NCBI RefSeq assembly: GCF_006345805.1
Contig: NC_042999.1
Span: 159,216,001 to 159,280,000, forward strand
Direction of reading: 5' to 3'
Length of the DNA: 64,000 nucleotides
From: Octopus sinensis
Taxonomy: Eukaryota
Shown: positions 26,184 through 40,775 of the stretch, one piece after another
Position numbering within the stretch: the stretch's first letter is position 1
Layout of the letters: every line of letters begins with the position of its first letter
Made by a program: the position numbers and the translations under genes
The notes under the pieces: generated by a model
What the model saw: the letters and a program-made list of their open reading frames with translations, nothing else
Databases searched by the model: none
Told to the model about the DNA's origin: nothing

Positions 26184-26228
<45 letters not shown>

Positions 26229-26307
26229 ATGGGACAAGAACGTAAAACATCCAGATAGACGATACAAAAAACACGGACGGGTCATTCGAAGCCTTTAATC
26301 TTCAGTC

Positions 26308-26939
26308 AAGAACCGGATCATCCTCACAATTTTGGTTGATTAATCTTGAGATCACTCCAATCTAGCCAACCCCCAGGGAAAAACTAAGCTAAGAGCATTA
26401 GAATCCTTGGAAAAAGCATCGAATGTATACGAAACAAGGACGGGAAAACGGACGATGTTACACGAATATAAATACAAAAATAATACAAAAAAACAATAAT
26501 AATAATAATAATAATAATAACAGGACATAACAGGCGTCTTTCGACTGGAGACGAATTGAATTCAGCTGGCGTGTTGGGAATTAAGCCTTACGACAGAGGA
26601 AAAATATGTATATAGCGGCGTACGTACACTTTGTTCCCTTACATGTAAGTACACATTTCACTAAACTTTGTACGACTTCTTCAACACTCTCTCCCCCATC
26701 TCTCACATTTCTTTGCCTTTCTTACTTTGCACTTCACTATGTCCCTATCTTCCTCTTTTTTCTCATCACTCCTTGATTCTTCTGTCTACACATTCTCTCT
26801 CGCTCTCTCGCTCTATCTCTCTCTGTCTCTCTCTCTTCCACCCTACTTTATTCCTTTCTTCCTCTTTTTCTCTCTCTTCTCTTCTCACGTGACCGATGGC
26901 CGACTGCTAGCCCTTTTGCGTTGGACCACGGTCACTTAT

Positions 26940-26991
<52 letters not shown>

Positions 26992-27543
26992 GATATATAT
27001 ATAATATATATGTTCCCAACAAATCTTGACAACTTGTGATGATATTTGTACCACCCTGTGGCTTAAAGGGTCGACAAAAGGTACCGATAGAATGAGTACC
27101 AGGCTCACTCTGAAAATGGAAGTGCCGAGGTCGAATCATTCGCCTAACATTCCTAGCATAGATGCAGTCTAATGATTGGAACAGATAAAACAATAAAAGA
27201 ATAAAAGAATATTTGTGTATGTATTGAAGAATTGGCATTTTGAATAAGAAAACATAAAGCTTAAACAATGCTTAGAACTGCTGGTAAGTCAAGGTATATC
27301 CAAATTCTAGTAAAGTTTTAAACGTAATTGTCTTCTGATTTTATTTCAGTATTATGCAAATTTAAAAAAAAATTAGAGTGTATATCCGAAAGCAGAATAC
27401 AATTTAGCTCATCTTTTTTATTATAAAGTCATGAAATGACAAAGTAGATCTCTTGTCTCTATTCTGCTCTTTCACATAACAATGTATAGATATATGTGTG
27501 CGTATGTCTCTGCGCATGTATGTATGGAATGTTCATGTATATT

Positions 27544-27575
<32 letters not shown>

Positions 27576-27600
27576 CAACACATATATGCATATACATACA

Positions 27601-27646
<46 letters not shown>

Positions 27647-27699
27647 GGATGGATGGATGGATGGATGGATGGATGGGTGGATGGATGGATGGATGGATG

Positions 27700-27736
<37 letters not shown>

Positions 27737-27807
27737 GTAGGTAGGTAGGTAGGTAGGTAGGTAGGTAGGTAGGTGGATGGATGGATGGATGGATGGATGG
27801 ATGGATG

Positions 27808-27840
<33 letters not shown>

Positions 27841-27871
27841 TTAGATAGATAGATAGATAGATAGATAGATT

Positions 27872-27918
<47 letters not shown>

Positions 27919-28567
27919 TGATAGATAGATAGATAGATAGATAGATATGTTTCTTTATTAGCCACACAGGGCTGCACACAGATAGAACAAATTACAAGGT
28001 AGAGCTTTTCTTTTGAAGGTTTAAAAAAAAAAAGGGAAAGGGGGGAGTTTCGATCAAAAGGGATCGTAAAAGGAGAGAAAGAGGACAAAAAAAGGGGCGG
28101 TTAAAAAAAAGGGGGAGAGGAAAAAAATGATCAATAGGGATCGTTATCACAGAAATGTCAATATGAAGTGTAAAGGGAGGACAGGTGAGGTTTACCCGTG
28201 GAAAGAAAAGCCTACGGAAAAGACCACGGTAACCTCGGTCAATGAAGTCACATTTTATAATGTGACTTCATTGACCGAGGTTACCGTGGTCTTTTCCGTA
28301 GGCTTTTCTTTCCACGGGTAAACCTCACCTGTCCTCCCCTTTACACTTCATATTGACATTTCTGTGATAACGATCCCTATTGATCAATTTTTTTTTTCCT
28401 CCCCCTTTTTTTTAACCCCCCCTTTTTTGTCCTCTTTCTCTCCTTTTACGATCCCTTTTGATCGAAACTCCCCCCTTCCTTTTTTTTTCTCTAACCCTTC
28501 AAAAGAAAAGCTCTACCTTGTAATTTGTTCTATCTGTGTGCAGCCCTGTGTGGCTAATAAAGAAACA

Positions 28568-28599
<32 letters not shown>

Positions 28600-28752
28600 C
28601 ATCCATCCATCCATCCATCCATCCATCCATCCATCCACCTACCTACCTACCTACCTACCTACCTACCTACATACCAACCTACCTATCTATCTATCTATCT
28701 ATCCATCCATCCATCCATCCATCCACCCATCCATCCATCCATCCATCCATCC

Positions 28753-28790
<38 letters not shown>

Positions 28791-29191
28791 TTATCTATTG
28801 TATGTATATGCATATATGTGTTGTATATATATATATATATATACACACAAATATACATGAACATTCCATACATACATGCGCAGAGACATACGCACACATA
28901 TATCTATACATTGTTATGTGAAAGAGCAGAATAGAGACAAGAGATCTACTTTGTCATTTCATGACTTTATAATAAAAAAGATGAGCTAAATTGTATTCTG
29001 CTTTCGGATATACACTCTAATTTTTTTTAAAATTTGCATAATACTGAAATAAAATCAGAAGACAATTACGTTTAAAACTTTACTAGAATTTGGATATACC
29101 TAGCCTGGTACTCATTCTATCGGTACCTTTTGTCGACCCTTTAGCCACAGGGTGGTACAAATATCATCACAAGTTGTCAAGATTTGTTGGG

Positions 29192-29236
<45 letters not shown>

Positions 29237-29635
29237 AGTGACCGTGGTCCAACGCAAAAGGGCTAGCAGTCGGCCATCGGTCACGTGAGAGAGAAAAAGA
29301 GAAGAAAGGAATAAAGTAGGGTGGAAGAGAGAGAGACAGAGAGAGATAGAGCGAGAGAGCGAGAGAGAATGTGTAGACAGAAGAATCAAGGAGTGATGAG
29401 AAAAAAGAGAAATAGGGACATAGTGAAGTGCAAAGTAAGAAAGGCAAAGAATGTGAGAGATGGGGAGAGAGTGTTGAAGAAGTCGTACAAAGTTTAGTGA
29501 AATGTGTACTTACATGTAAGGGAACAAAGTGTACGTACGCCGCTATATACATATTTTTCCTCTGTCGTAAGGCTTAATTCCCAACACGCCAGCTGAATTC
29601 AATTCGTCTCCAGTCGAAAGACGCCTGTTATGTCC

Positions 29636-29669
<34 letters not shown>

Positions 29670-29856
29670 GTTTTTTTGTATTATTTTTGTATTTATATTC
29701 GTGTAACATCGTCCGTTTTCCCGTCCTTGTTTCGTATACATTCGATGCTTTTTCCAAGGATTCTAATGCTCTTAGCTTAGTTTTTCCCTGGGGGTTGGCT
29801 AGATTGGAGTGATCTCAAGATTAATCAACCAAAATTGTGAGGATGATCCGGTTCTT
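26308..29856. repeat. Long palindrome (arms 26308-28255 and 28260-29856, 4-nt spacer)
   Basis: Centre GAAGTCACATT-TTAT-AATGTGACTTC. The arms align throughout except for 27106-27291 (left arm only) and microsatellite lengths. Confidence 0.9.
27601..27946. repeat. Compound (GATA)n/(GGAT)n/(GGTA)n microsatellite; mirrored at about 28569-28800
   Basis: Direct reading. Confidence 0.95.
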
Positions 29857-31268
29857 TTTTTTTTTTTTTTTGCAAATAAGCAACTCTCTGTTTTTTGATT
29901 TCTGGGTTCATAGGACTATGCTCAAGGTGGCTTCGTCATTCATACGTGCCATTCTTGCTACATTCACCCATCTTTTTTTAAAACATTCGCTAGACAAAAC
30001 TTGCTCTCTACTCTCACTTTCCTTTTCAAGTGGTACTTGAAGAAGTTGATGAGAGATTGACCAGAGAGGAAGTGTTTTGTGTCTCCAATCCTTTCAACGC
30101 GTCCACCAGATACATTCTTTCGCCATAGCCACAAGGATGATGAAAATAGCTCTTCCTTCCCGTTTGAAGGAGGAGCGTGACAATATTGACGATAGACTCA
30201 GCTGATAAACCGACTCGTCCCACACGTGACAGCAGTTGTTCGATACAAGCCCAGGTCGGAAATTGTTGGACACTGAACGAGTGCGTGCAGAACGGTTTCG
30301 TCGCTCTGACCGCATCTCGGGCAGGTCGGCCCCGTGTTTCTCGAGCCGTGTCTGTAGAGCTTATCCCGAACGGGTAGCGCTTCTCGGTAGCACTGCCAGG
30401 CAGGGATCTCTGGAAGTTGTCCATGGGCCCTGGCCCGAAAGTCGTCCTGAACAGGCGGGTCAGGTACTCCTCGTCGACGTCCAGGTTCGCCCCGAGCTCG
30501 TCGTCGTACCTCCCCTCCACTAACCCCTATAGAATGCTTTGGTTGTGTTGAAGTCACTTAAGGTCGACCCAGGACGGCAGAGTTGCTTGAGAGCAACGCG
30601 ACACTCGCGGTGCCATTCGCCTTCCTCGGCCTCTTTTTGATCCACGACTGCAGTTCGGTCATGGAGACGAGCTGCGGGAAAGCGTGCCTCACAAACGGCG
30701 ACCACACCTGTTCACCGTCGTCTACATAGAGCCAGAGATGTCGCAGTCTCAGCGCGTGTCTGCGCATCATCAACCACGGCATGCCCCCCTCCTTTTAACG
30801 GGTGTTGACAGGAAATGGATCGCCTGACCATCGGGACGCATCCTTTCCACAAGAAGCGAAAGAGGATGCGTTGTAGTTTGGTGATGGTAGGGTCGGGACA
30901 AGGTACGACGGTCAGGCGGTAGTAGATGACGGACGCGATGTACGTGTTCGCCACCTCCGCTCGACCTTTTAGGGACAGTTTCCTCTCGGCCCATTGCCGG
31001 GCGAGAGTGACCACCCTACTCGTTATCTCGTTCCAGTTCTTCTCCACTTGGAGGTCCGGACCAAACCAGACCCCGAGCAACTCAACCGGCCGTCGGTCCA
31101 GCGTCCCACGACGGAGGCGCTGGTGGACGGCATGGCTTGCTTCTCTCTCCAGGTGCCTAGTCGCAAGCCACTGACCTTCGCTCTCCACACCGCTTCGTAG
31201 TTTTTCAGTGTCTCGCCGACCAGCTCGATGTGCTCGTGGCTAGACACTATGACGGTGACGTCGTCCGC
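29857..31268 (-). mobile_element. Second copy of the same Tx1-type LINE (ORF2 3' part), truncated at the YADD motif; its 3' UTR lies at 27947-28258
   Basis: Near-identical to 49535-50958 apart from small indels. The 5' junction abuts ATAGATAGATAGATGGATAG. Separated from its 3' UTR by an inverted duplication. Confidence 0.9.
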
Positions 31269-31480
31269 ATAGATAGATAGATGGATAGACATATGCATAT
31301 ATGTATATACTTGAGTCTTTCGAGTGTTTGCAGAATAAAAGAATGTAAATGAAGAGCAGCTACATACGCATACACACAGACACTCACATGCGCACACACA
31401 AACACGCATACACACACAAACGCATATAAATACATGTATATGCATAACGCATATATATACCTATATATATACATATATAT

Positions 31481-32008
31481 TATATAAAATCCGTTCTGTC
31501 TGTCTGTCTGTGTGTCTTCTAGGATCTCGGGCATCCTTCATCCGATTGCGCTCAAATTTGAGGTGTAGATACCGACGGTATCAGGGCGTGTATAAGTCTT
31601 GAAAAATTTTTTAAATCGATTCCAGGTGAGAATGCGATCGATAAAGCCGTGGGACTGTGCATTTGTACGCGCAAGTACATAAGCTGCTGCGATCGATATT
31701 ACGCGTACACGTGCAGTTTGCGCAAAAAAAGCCGGCAAGTTTGAAATAATGCCACAAAATGCAGTGTATTTAAGAGACCCAAAAAGTAAGATGCGAAAGA
31801 GATATTTTCTTCCAACTTGGCATGAAGGAAGGAAAGACTATTTGGTTTCTCAAGAAGTTTTTTATGCCTTGACTTCGTCTAACAAAACCAAAACTTTCAT
31901 TGAAATAAAGGCATGCTTAATTACTTTTTAATTAAAAGAAAACACTTATTGCTTTTTATTCAGCAGATATGATTCAGCACCGTCTATTGGACGAGGGGCG
32001 TTTTGCTC

Positions 32009-32010
<2 letters not shown>
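31481..32010 (+). mobile_element. Possible second non-autonomous Helitron/Helentron-like element
   Basis: Begins TATATAAAA followed by a (GTCT)n tract and ttcatccgatt...aaattt, and ends in a short hairpin ACGAG...CTCGT. Termini are not canonical. Confidence 0.35.
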
Positions 32011-32048
<38 letters not shown>

Positions 32049-32058
32049 TATAGATATA

Positions 32059-32122
<64 letters not shown>

Positions 32123-34992
32123 GTATATATACATAGATGCATACATACATGTACATATTGCAGTTATAGATATGCTTGCATATATGTATAGACTATGTAT
32201 GTAGTATTTTTGTGCGTGAGAAATAAAAGCAACATAATAGAGTATTTAACACACTTTTATATGCTTTCTCGCCTACGTCCCAATCAAAAATTAAAACATA
32301 AATAACATGAATACAGATAGTTTTATGTTCGCCGAACTTAAAGTCGTGTATGTATATTCAGTAAAGAGAATTTCAAAGGTGATAAGTAATAAATTTAAAT
32401 TGTTTCCAAGGCATGAATGTCGCTTGAAAAGCAACACATACATTCAGGTGATCGTATATCAAATTAATGATACAACATTAAATAGATAACGCTTAAAATT
32501 TTATTACTTAAAAGGGTAAATACATTTTCTTTCAAATGGAAGCCTCAAAACCCAAATTTTCTTCAATTTTCTTTTGTAAACGTTTTATCGTATTGATCTT
32601 TATATTACTCGTTAACATGATCTATTCATGAAACTATTACAAGTTTACTTGAAGAAAAAAATTTTCATTGAATGTAACGTTGCTATGCAGATATTTTTTT
32701 CTTTTGATTAATTCTTAGACTTTTCCACACTTGATTTACCTATATTATGATGTTTGGACGTAGGTCCCTTAGCTTATATTTAAAATTTGAGGAAATGTAA
32801 GAGGTAAATGGGTACACTACATTATATAGACTCAGTGTGCATTTCAACAATATTGCTATATGTAATTTAATTCTTGTAACATCAATAAACATTTTTAAAA
32901 TCAAACTTTACTGAAGAAAAGTTTATTATATAGTGATGATTAGTGTTGTTGGTTAGCATTGATCTATCATATAAAACGCATGGGTCTAGTTTATTACACA
33001 CACCATAAACAAGAAAATTGCAACAAAGCTACGTGATAGACATAGCATGCAGACCATCATATAAGTTGTTAAACTATCTTATGTCTCAGCGGTGCACCCG
33101 CTCCTTTTTGATGGTCTTTAGCAATACATCGGTGGCAGGAAACTGTCCATTAACTCAATAATGTACAATTTAAATTTCTAATATTTTTATTAAAGTCTTA
33201 CAACAAACTGTTTAATCTTAGCTGTTCGAGTTCAAGTTCAGCTGTTTTAAGAACAGCACATTTTATAAGAGAGTCATTGATGTGAGATACGTTGGCCGTG
33301 GGAATAGTGGCAAATCCACCAACTGCAGATGAGTTGAGAGATTTAACAGTTGAACTGAACTTTTTCAAGTTATGAACAATATCCGCAGTTGTGAGGGTCA
33401 ACAAACAGACAGCACCAGATGAATATTATTAATATCTGCTGCAATGTTAATGAATAATTGTTTTTGGGCAGGCAAAGAATTGAGAATATTACATGTTTTT
33501 TTTTTAGTTAATACGCCATATATATAAAATATATCAATATCTTCTGGTTGCTTGTAGTTGTTAAAATTATTGCACCTCGAGCCCCTCACAAAAACATACA
33601 GGTTTTGCATCTGGGATTCTATGAAATTCGTCTGCTTTTTTCAGAGAATTATGGGAAAACCATGTGGTTCACATAAAAATGGCAGAAACTGCAAGAACAT
33701 TAGTTAGTAAGTGCAATGTTTCCAATATCTTGGGAGGGCAGTAATAGGAGTGTAATAGGACTGGTTACAAGATGTTACCTGCATAATTGAAACAGCGAGA
33801 TAAAGCCAGATGTGACATGCATTGTGTGTTCATACTTCTCTTTCCGGTTCCTACTCAAAAATGTTTACAAGTTATAACCCTCTCCCCGATCTGTAGTCAT
33901 GAGGAGCGTTTTGCGATCCGATGGCTGACAAAAAATGTAGTATTTATAGACACGATTAGTCTATGCTTATTTTAGATGTCACATTCTATTTCGAAAACTA
34001 GAGTAAAAAAGTAGTGATTTTTCTTTTAAAATGTTAAGTTGCTTACAAGATTCAGTTGAAATATCAATATAGAAAACGGCTTGAATTTTGAAAATATTCG
34101 TGATTTTGTAGTTTTTTTTTTTTTTATTTCAAACTTAGTACATATAAGACTATTTCATCGAATGCGTCTATAATTTTTTTTTCAAGATGCCAAAGTAAAG
34201 AGAAATTGGTTATTGTACTGAAGTACTGTTGTAATTGAACTTGTTTAGCCGCCTGTGAATCTGAAGGAAATATCAATGCTCAAAGTGTTCCAATTGTAAT
34301 CAGTGTTATTCTAGAAGACGTTCTCTTGTGATTTGGACGAAATATGGCTACCACTATTATGTCGAACGACCGCAAAAGTGATGTCTCATTGGTTAGGCTG
34401 TTAACAGTGTTATTGTTGTTTAGTCCTGTGCTTACTCCAATCGAACAGATCATTGATCAAATGCGTCCTAGCTATAAAAAAAACTAGCCATCTTATAGAC
34501 GTAGTCTATTTCGGATTAAATTGTCTAAAACGACCCTGTTTTTTTTTTCTTTTTGCTATTAACACAATTTATCTACAGCGAGAAATTTTACTCCATGACA
34601 AAACACAGTGAATGGCTTTCTTACGAGTTCGAATATACCTCAAGTATATTTGAACAAGTAATAACCTTGAGCAAAGTACAATGTATAGAATAAAGTACAA
34701 TTGAGAAAATATGATAGAGTTCATTGAAACTAGTTACTAATATGTGCCAACATGTAATAAACCGACATGGTGCAGCAAAGCACATATCTCCTCCCAACCC
34801 CATGACACTAATGGCAGGTGAAGTGTCATACTTGTTGGAGTACACTGCCATCACATTAATATCAACCATCAATCACACCCATATTACTATTAATGCACCA
34901 CAAACACACAGTCGGGCACATCTCAATTCACCCATTCATACACAAACACCCACATATACATCCAATCATTTTCTACAGAAAATGCTTTCTCT

Positions 34993-35054
<62 letters not shown>

Positions 35055-36797
35055 TACACACACACTTTCTCTCATGAAAGCGAAGGTCTTTAAAAGGGAT
35101 AAAGGAATAGAAAATAAATATATGTAACACAAATCTTTAAAAATTTTACACAGCAAATATATTTGTCGTTTGTTTACTCTAACAAATTTCTCAACAAAAA
35201 CATTTTAAATCAGTTTTTTTATAAATTTCAATGCTTTTCAATGTACATACATTTTGTGTATAAGCATGTGCCAATATTTTTTGATAAGAATTTTCTTCAA
35301 TTTCGTAAATATATAAGTACTGGATTCTTGTTGGAAATTTAGTATCGATTTTCTTACATATATAATTATATTATAAGTTATGTTATTTATTTAATATTGA
35401 AATACATTCCACTGTTTTTAATTACATTCCACCGTTTATAGTTTTGAAACCAAGAGAAACGGCAGTAAATGAATTTCTTTAATGATAAGTTAGGTGTTGG
35501 GGAAAGCTAATGTTACAATAATTTTTGCTACCGTCTAAAATGTTTTTCAACTGAACTTGCTGCTCTTGTGAAGAAGTTTCATTTCAGTAGCGTATCATTA
35601 AAGCTATGATGCTACATTCAGAGAATGCCTACAAGGTTGTATGATTCTTATCATTTAATATATTTCAGATGTAAAGAAAATCATTATCATACACAAGGCA
35701 AGAAATTATTATTTAGAATATCCTCCAAATAAATCAACTGAAATATCTTATCTAATATGAATATATTCTCAACCATATAACTATTCTTTGGTAGCGGACT
35801 GGCATCATTTTATGTATTCACATCAAACAAAAAATATATATATAGCAAGTCTTTCTGTTGAATACTTGTTCTTCTTAAGTCAAAATGTTTGCTGTTTTAC
35901 CATTCCAATGTTAACATGCAAATGGGAAGAACCACTTTCTATACTCGTTACATGAGTTTTTAAGCAAAGTGCAATGCAAATTTCTAGTGTAGATCTTTTG
36001 GGAGAAGCAGGGTTTATGAGCTCTAGATCGCGGATATTAGATTAATATTTACAAGCCGTTTGACATAAACTGATAACCATTTTTTTCCTAATAGTATTTG
36101 ATCTTCAGATTATAGAAATATATTCACATACCATCTTTCATATAAAAACAAGAAACGCTACCTTAGTGCAAACCTAGGAATTAAAAAATTTCATTAATCA
36201 TTCTTATATATGCCCAATGCTTCGATTCAATCAAGTCTTAAATATACACAAAATGTTCATTGTGTTTTATAACGAATGATATTCAGAAAGTAGGTCAACA
36301 TTCGGAGCGTTGCTGACTGTCAGGAATAAATACGCTAGCATACATCTGACTTTGTGATGTGAAGAAAACTTATTTTTGAATTATTTTAGCCTGAATTCAT
36401 AAAAGTGCATAAAAGTGTATAGATTCGGTGATAGCACAACACGATACTTACTATTAATGTTTGATGTTTATATTTTTCAGTGAATCTAAAATAACGAACA
36501 TAAGATAAAAAATCAAAAGAGTAATGGCTGCACATTAGTTGGAAACTCAACCAACCCCTCAAAGATCGAAGCATCAAAGGGCTGACATAATATCATTTTA
36601 GTCACCATCTTGTATATTTTCGATTCCATTAATGTGTAAAGGTTCTGGCAGTTTCATCAATACTGACATCATTGAATGTTGTTCTAAAAAGATCACGCAA
36701 ATGTTGAGATTGATTGTGCAGTGATTTGTACTACTGTTTGGTAAAACAAATGTATATTAATCGTACTAGGAACTGGAAAATTTTATTAATAACTTAC

Positions 36798-36920
36798 TAA
36801 ATTTTCTTTTATTCGTTTCGTTTTGACTTTGGTTGAATACTTCACATTCGGCCAAATTTGACGGAAACTTGACGTTATTTCCGACTGATGGAGTACAATA
36901 TCATACAGTGAACATATAAC
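36798..36920 (-). CDS. TMTC4: TMTC4-like internal exon C: VICSLYDIVLHQSEITSSFRQIWPNVKYSTKVKTKRIKENL
   Basis: 123 nt, open, acceptor tatttgccag and donor gtaagt, phase 0-0. 'VICSLYDIV' fits the '.V/N.A.(F/Y)DI' segment that follows KEQGIT in TMTCs. Not in the ORF track; read by hand. Confidence 0.8.
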
Positions 36921-37774
36921 CTGGCAAATAGACATTTTCAACACATCTAAGTTATTTATTCCTAAAAATATATTTTAAAAAGACATATAGAGTATTCTAC
37001 CACATTTAATGATATTCTCATAAACCCAAATGAAAACTAAATGTCACCTTCTATCAAATACATTTAAATTTGTTATTCTGCTTAACTGTTTTATTACTGT
37101 CAGTATTATAATCACAAACTTTGTAATCGCTGTATCGTTGTCATCGTCAATATCCTCATCATCATATCCTTATGAGATGTCAGCTACATTGTAATTATGA
37201 AGAAGGTCAATACCGTCTTCGTCATCCTTATAGTAATGGACTAACTCACGGCAATATATGCTTCAAGTATTTAAATATTCAAAAGCTATTAGTCGATTCT
37301 CGTTTACTTCGATATATTGCATGTTACCGTCTCGTGATTTGTCACTATGTTCACCTCCTACGAATAAATACAGATGTATCCGCCGTTTAGATAACGTGCA
37401 AGAAAATAAACGGACAGAGATACTTTGCTATATTGTATATATTTACATTTAATCACATCAATGGAACGGGATTATAAATTACAAGCTAGTTAGAATCCGT
37501 AGGTAACCGTCACAATTTGATACTATTCACGAGACGGATTTCAATAAACAACAATCCAGCTGTGGATATTCAGTAATGGAATATCTGTTAAATAAGGTGA
37601 TATCTCATTGCAAATAAACGTGCACTAGGCCCCATTTCCTGATCAGTAGCATGGACAAATGCTTTATATCTTCTCCGTTGTATCATATTAAATGCAAAAC
37701 TTACACCGAAGAGATTATAATAGAAATACTATCTAAATACTAAATATTCACCCGAATAAAAACAACATGTATTT

Positions 37775-37866
<92 letters not shown>

Positions 37867-39375
37867 CGCACACACATGCACACACAATACACACGTATAT
37901 ATATATATATATATATATACACGCACACACACAACACACGCTTGTGTAGCGCTTAACTGTAAGTTCATAACTATGATCAAAAGTAATGGGCAGAAATATT
38001 GACAAATTAAGGATGGAATGATACGTCGTGGTTACTACAAGAGTTATTTTACTGAGTTTGGACGGGGCAGTCGTGCCGAGGGTCACTCAGAGGAGAAGTG
38101 CAAAACAACCTCAAAGTAATGTGAAGGGGGTAAAATTTGAGTTAGACCTTGAGTCAGACCTTGCGGGTTCATGTGGTTAGCAACTAAATACATGAAAACT
38201 ACTGTAGTATAGAAGAAAATTAAAGCAAAATCCTCGTCGCTTTTTTTTCTACCGTGTTTCCAGAAAGAGACACAACCGTAATTTTGCAACACCTCACAAA
38301 TTGATAAGACCGATATGGCCGATGCTCAAGTTCAACTTCTACAGCTTGAGCCTCAAGGGCAAAATTAAGTAGTAGTCAAATACCTCTCAACATATGCTCT
38401 GTTATTCTGGAAGAGGAAAGATAAATTGCATAGAGTATCTAAATTATAAGAAATTAAGACATGCCAGAGGAGTGCAGAATTTTCAAGACGTGTGGGGTTT
38501 GCAATGCTTCAAGAGAAGCTATAGAAGATGTTGCAAAGCGATTGCTCTTGTCTGAAAACATCGATGTTCAATGCTTCAATTGTGGTTATATCTGCGCGAA
38601 CGACTCGGCTCGTGAAATATACATGCTTAGAGATATTGACAGCCCAACATATGGTCTTCTTCGGCTTACGAGAGATCCCTACCAATTGACGTCATCGTTA
38701 TTAAATATAATTATCGCATCATAAGACGGAAGTAGTCTAACGCAATACAGTAAATTTTGGTTTCAAATTTTGGCACGAGGCCAGCAAATTCATGTGAGGA
38801 GATAAGTAGATTACATCGAGACCCAGCGTTTAAATGGTAGTTATTTTATCGACCCCGAAAGGATAAAAGGCAAAAATTGATCTTGGCGGAATTGAGCTCA
38901 GAACATGAGACGTACAAAATGCTACTAAGCATTTCACCCGGCTGATGATTCTGCTGGCTCGCCGCCCTGCAATATAGTGGACATTATCAATCTTTTATAT
39001 ACCCTGAATGGGATATCCCATGTAATATAAAAACATGGTAAGATTGAATAGATTAAATGCCTTGAAAGAAATCTTTAACAGAAACACTTTCACCATCATT
39101 GTTATTTCATATAACTTAATTTACATTGCCATCTGATATATTATATAATGTATCTGCCCCTCGCCAGCCAAATCCCACTCGATACATACCATATAGTAAG
39201 ATTGTCTGCGCCAAATGTGCTTTAACTGCTATTTCCGCATTTTTCTCTCTAACGTTCAGTGTGGAGAATTTACTGCTGAGTATCAACCATACTGATTACA
39301 ACAGTTTCGAAGATCTTGCAACATATATGATTTGGTAGCTCCTCCTCTGGGTACAAATATACTTAGGGGAGATGA

Positions 39376-39775
39376 AGGCGGCGAGCTGGCAGAAACGGTT
39401 AGCACGCCGGGCGAAATGCGTACCCGTATTTCGTCTGCCGTTACGTTCCGAGTTCAAATTCCGCCTTTCATCCTTTCGGGGTCGATAAATCAAGTACCAG
39501 TTACACACTGGGATCGATGTAATCGACTTAATCCCTTTGTCTGTCCTTGTTTGTCCCCTTTGTGTTTAGCCCCTTGTGGGTAGTAAAGAAATAGGTATTT
39601 CGTCTGTCGTTATGTTCTGAGTTCAAATTCCGCCGTCGTCGAGTTTGCCTTTCATCCTTTCGGGGTCGATAAATCAAGTACCAGTTACACACTGGGGTCG
39701 ATATAATCGACTTCATCCCTTTGTCTGTCCTTACTTGTCCCTCTACGTTTAGCCCCTTGTGGGCAGTAAAGAAAT
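39376..39775 (+). mobile_element. SINE family B, tandem dimer
   Basis: One full copy followed by a head-truncated second copy from about 39595. Confidence 0.8.
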
Positions 39776-40419
39776 ATATACCTAGGGGAGATTATAAATA
39801 CAGGACTGGTTAACAATTAGAATTGCCGGTAGTGAATACTGGTATGATTAATACACAGATTTAGCGTATATTCAAACTACTAAACTGGTGGAATAATAAG
39901 TAACAATATAGACGAAGTTCCTGACCTACGTTCTAGTAGCAGGCATGGTGTTGATCTCATTCAACACCTTTGTAGCTGTCGAAGCAAAATATGTTCCGGT
40001 AACGGGCTATGTTTGAGCGAAAATCACAGTTTATAGATGTACTGTTAGTTAGATGGAATTTCGCATTATTGACTACTAGCTTTAAGCAAAGATCAAGTAA
40101 CAACGTACTTATTTTTAATAATGGAGATAAAAGGTATTGTACAACCTGGGTAGAAGCACAAAGCTCGCTATTAAATGGGAAATAATTAGTATGGCTTTAC
40201 CTAATAAAATTGGGAGCTTGAAATGTAATTGATGCTTGAAGATGTTATTTACATAAGGGTACACCGATGAATTACCGAGACAAAACTTGTGCATTTACAA
40301 TAGTTAGCTTTTAATAATAAAACAGCAAACAACAGACTACCTTTTTGTCTCATTTTTAGTTTTTTTTCTTTTATTTTCGGTTCCCAACTCTCTTAATTCC
40401 TTTTAATTTATTTATTTAC

Positions 40420-40734
40420 CGACCAAACCTTTGTGAGTGGATTTGGTAGACGGAAATTGAAATACACCCGTCGTATATCTGTATATATGTATATGTTTGT
40501 GTGCCAGTGTTTGACCCCCTCACACACACATCACCACCACCACTACTACTGCCACCATCGCATGACAACCGATGATGATGTGTTTACGTCCCCCTCATTA
40601 GCGGTTCGGCAAAAAACCCGAAAGAAGAAGTACTAGGCTTACAAAGAATAAGTCCTGGGGTCAATTTGTTCGACTAAAGACGTTGCTCCAGCATGACCCA
40701 AGTCAAATAACTCAAACAAATAAAATAATAAAAG

Positions 40735-40737
<3 letters not shown>
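40420..40737 (+). mobile_element. SINE family A, 3' part
   Basis: gtgagtggatttggtagacgg...agcggttcggcaaaa...tail. Confidence 0.75.

Positions 40738-40771
<34 letters not shown>

Positions 40772-40775
<4 letters not shown>

Noticed and set aside
26520-26580. CTGA...GTCGAAAG motif in the repeat inside the palindrome arm
   Set aside because: Lacks the GA of the core and a valid P3/NUH; not called a ribozyme.
33198-33700. Coding-like minus-strand stretch (SAVGGFATIPTAN...)
   Set aside because: Stops and frameshifts upstream, no consistent splice path and no family recognised; at most a decayed fragment.
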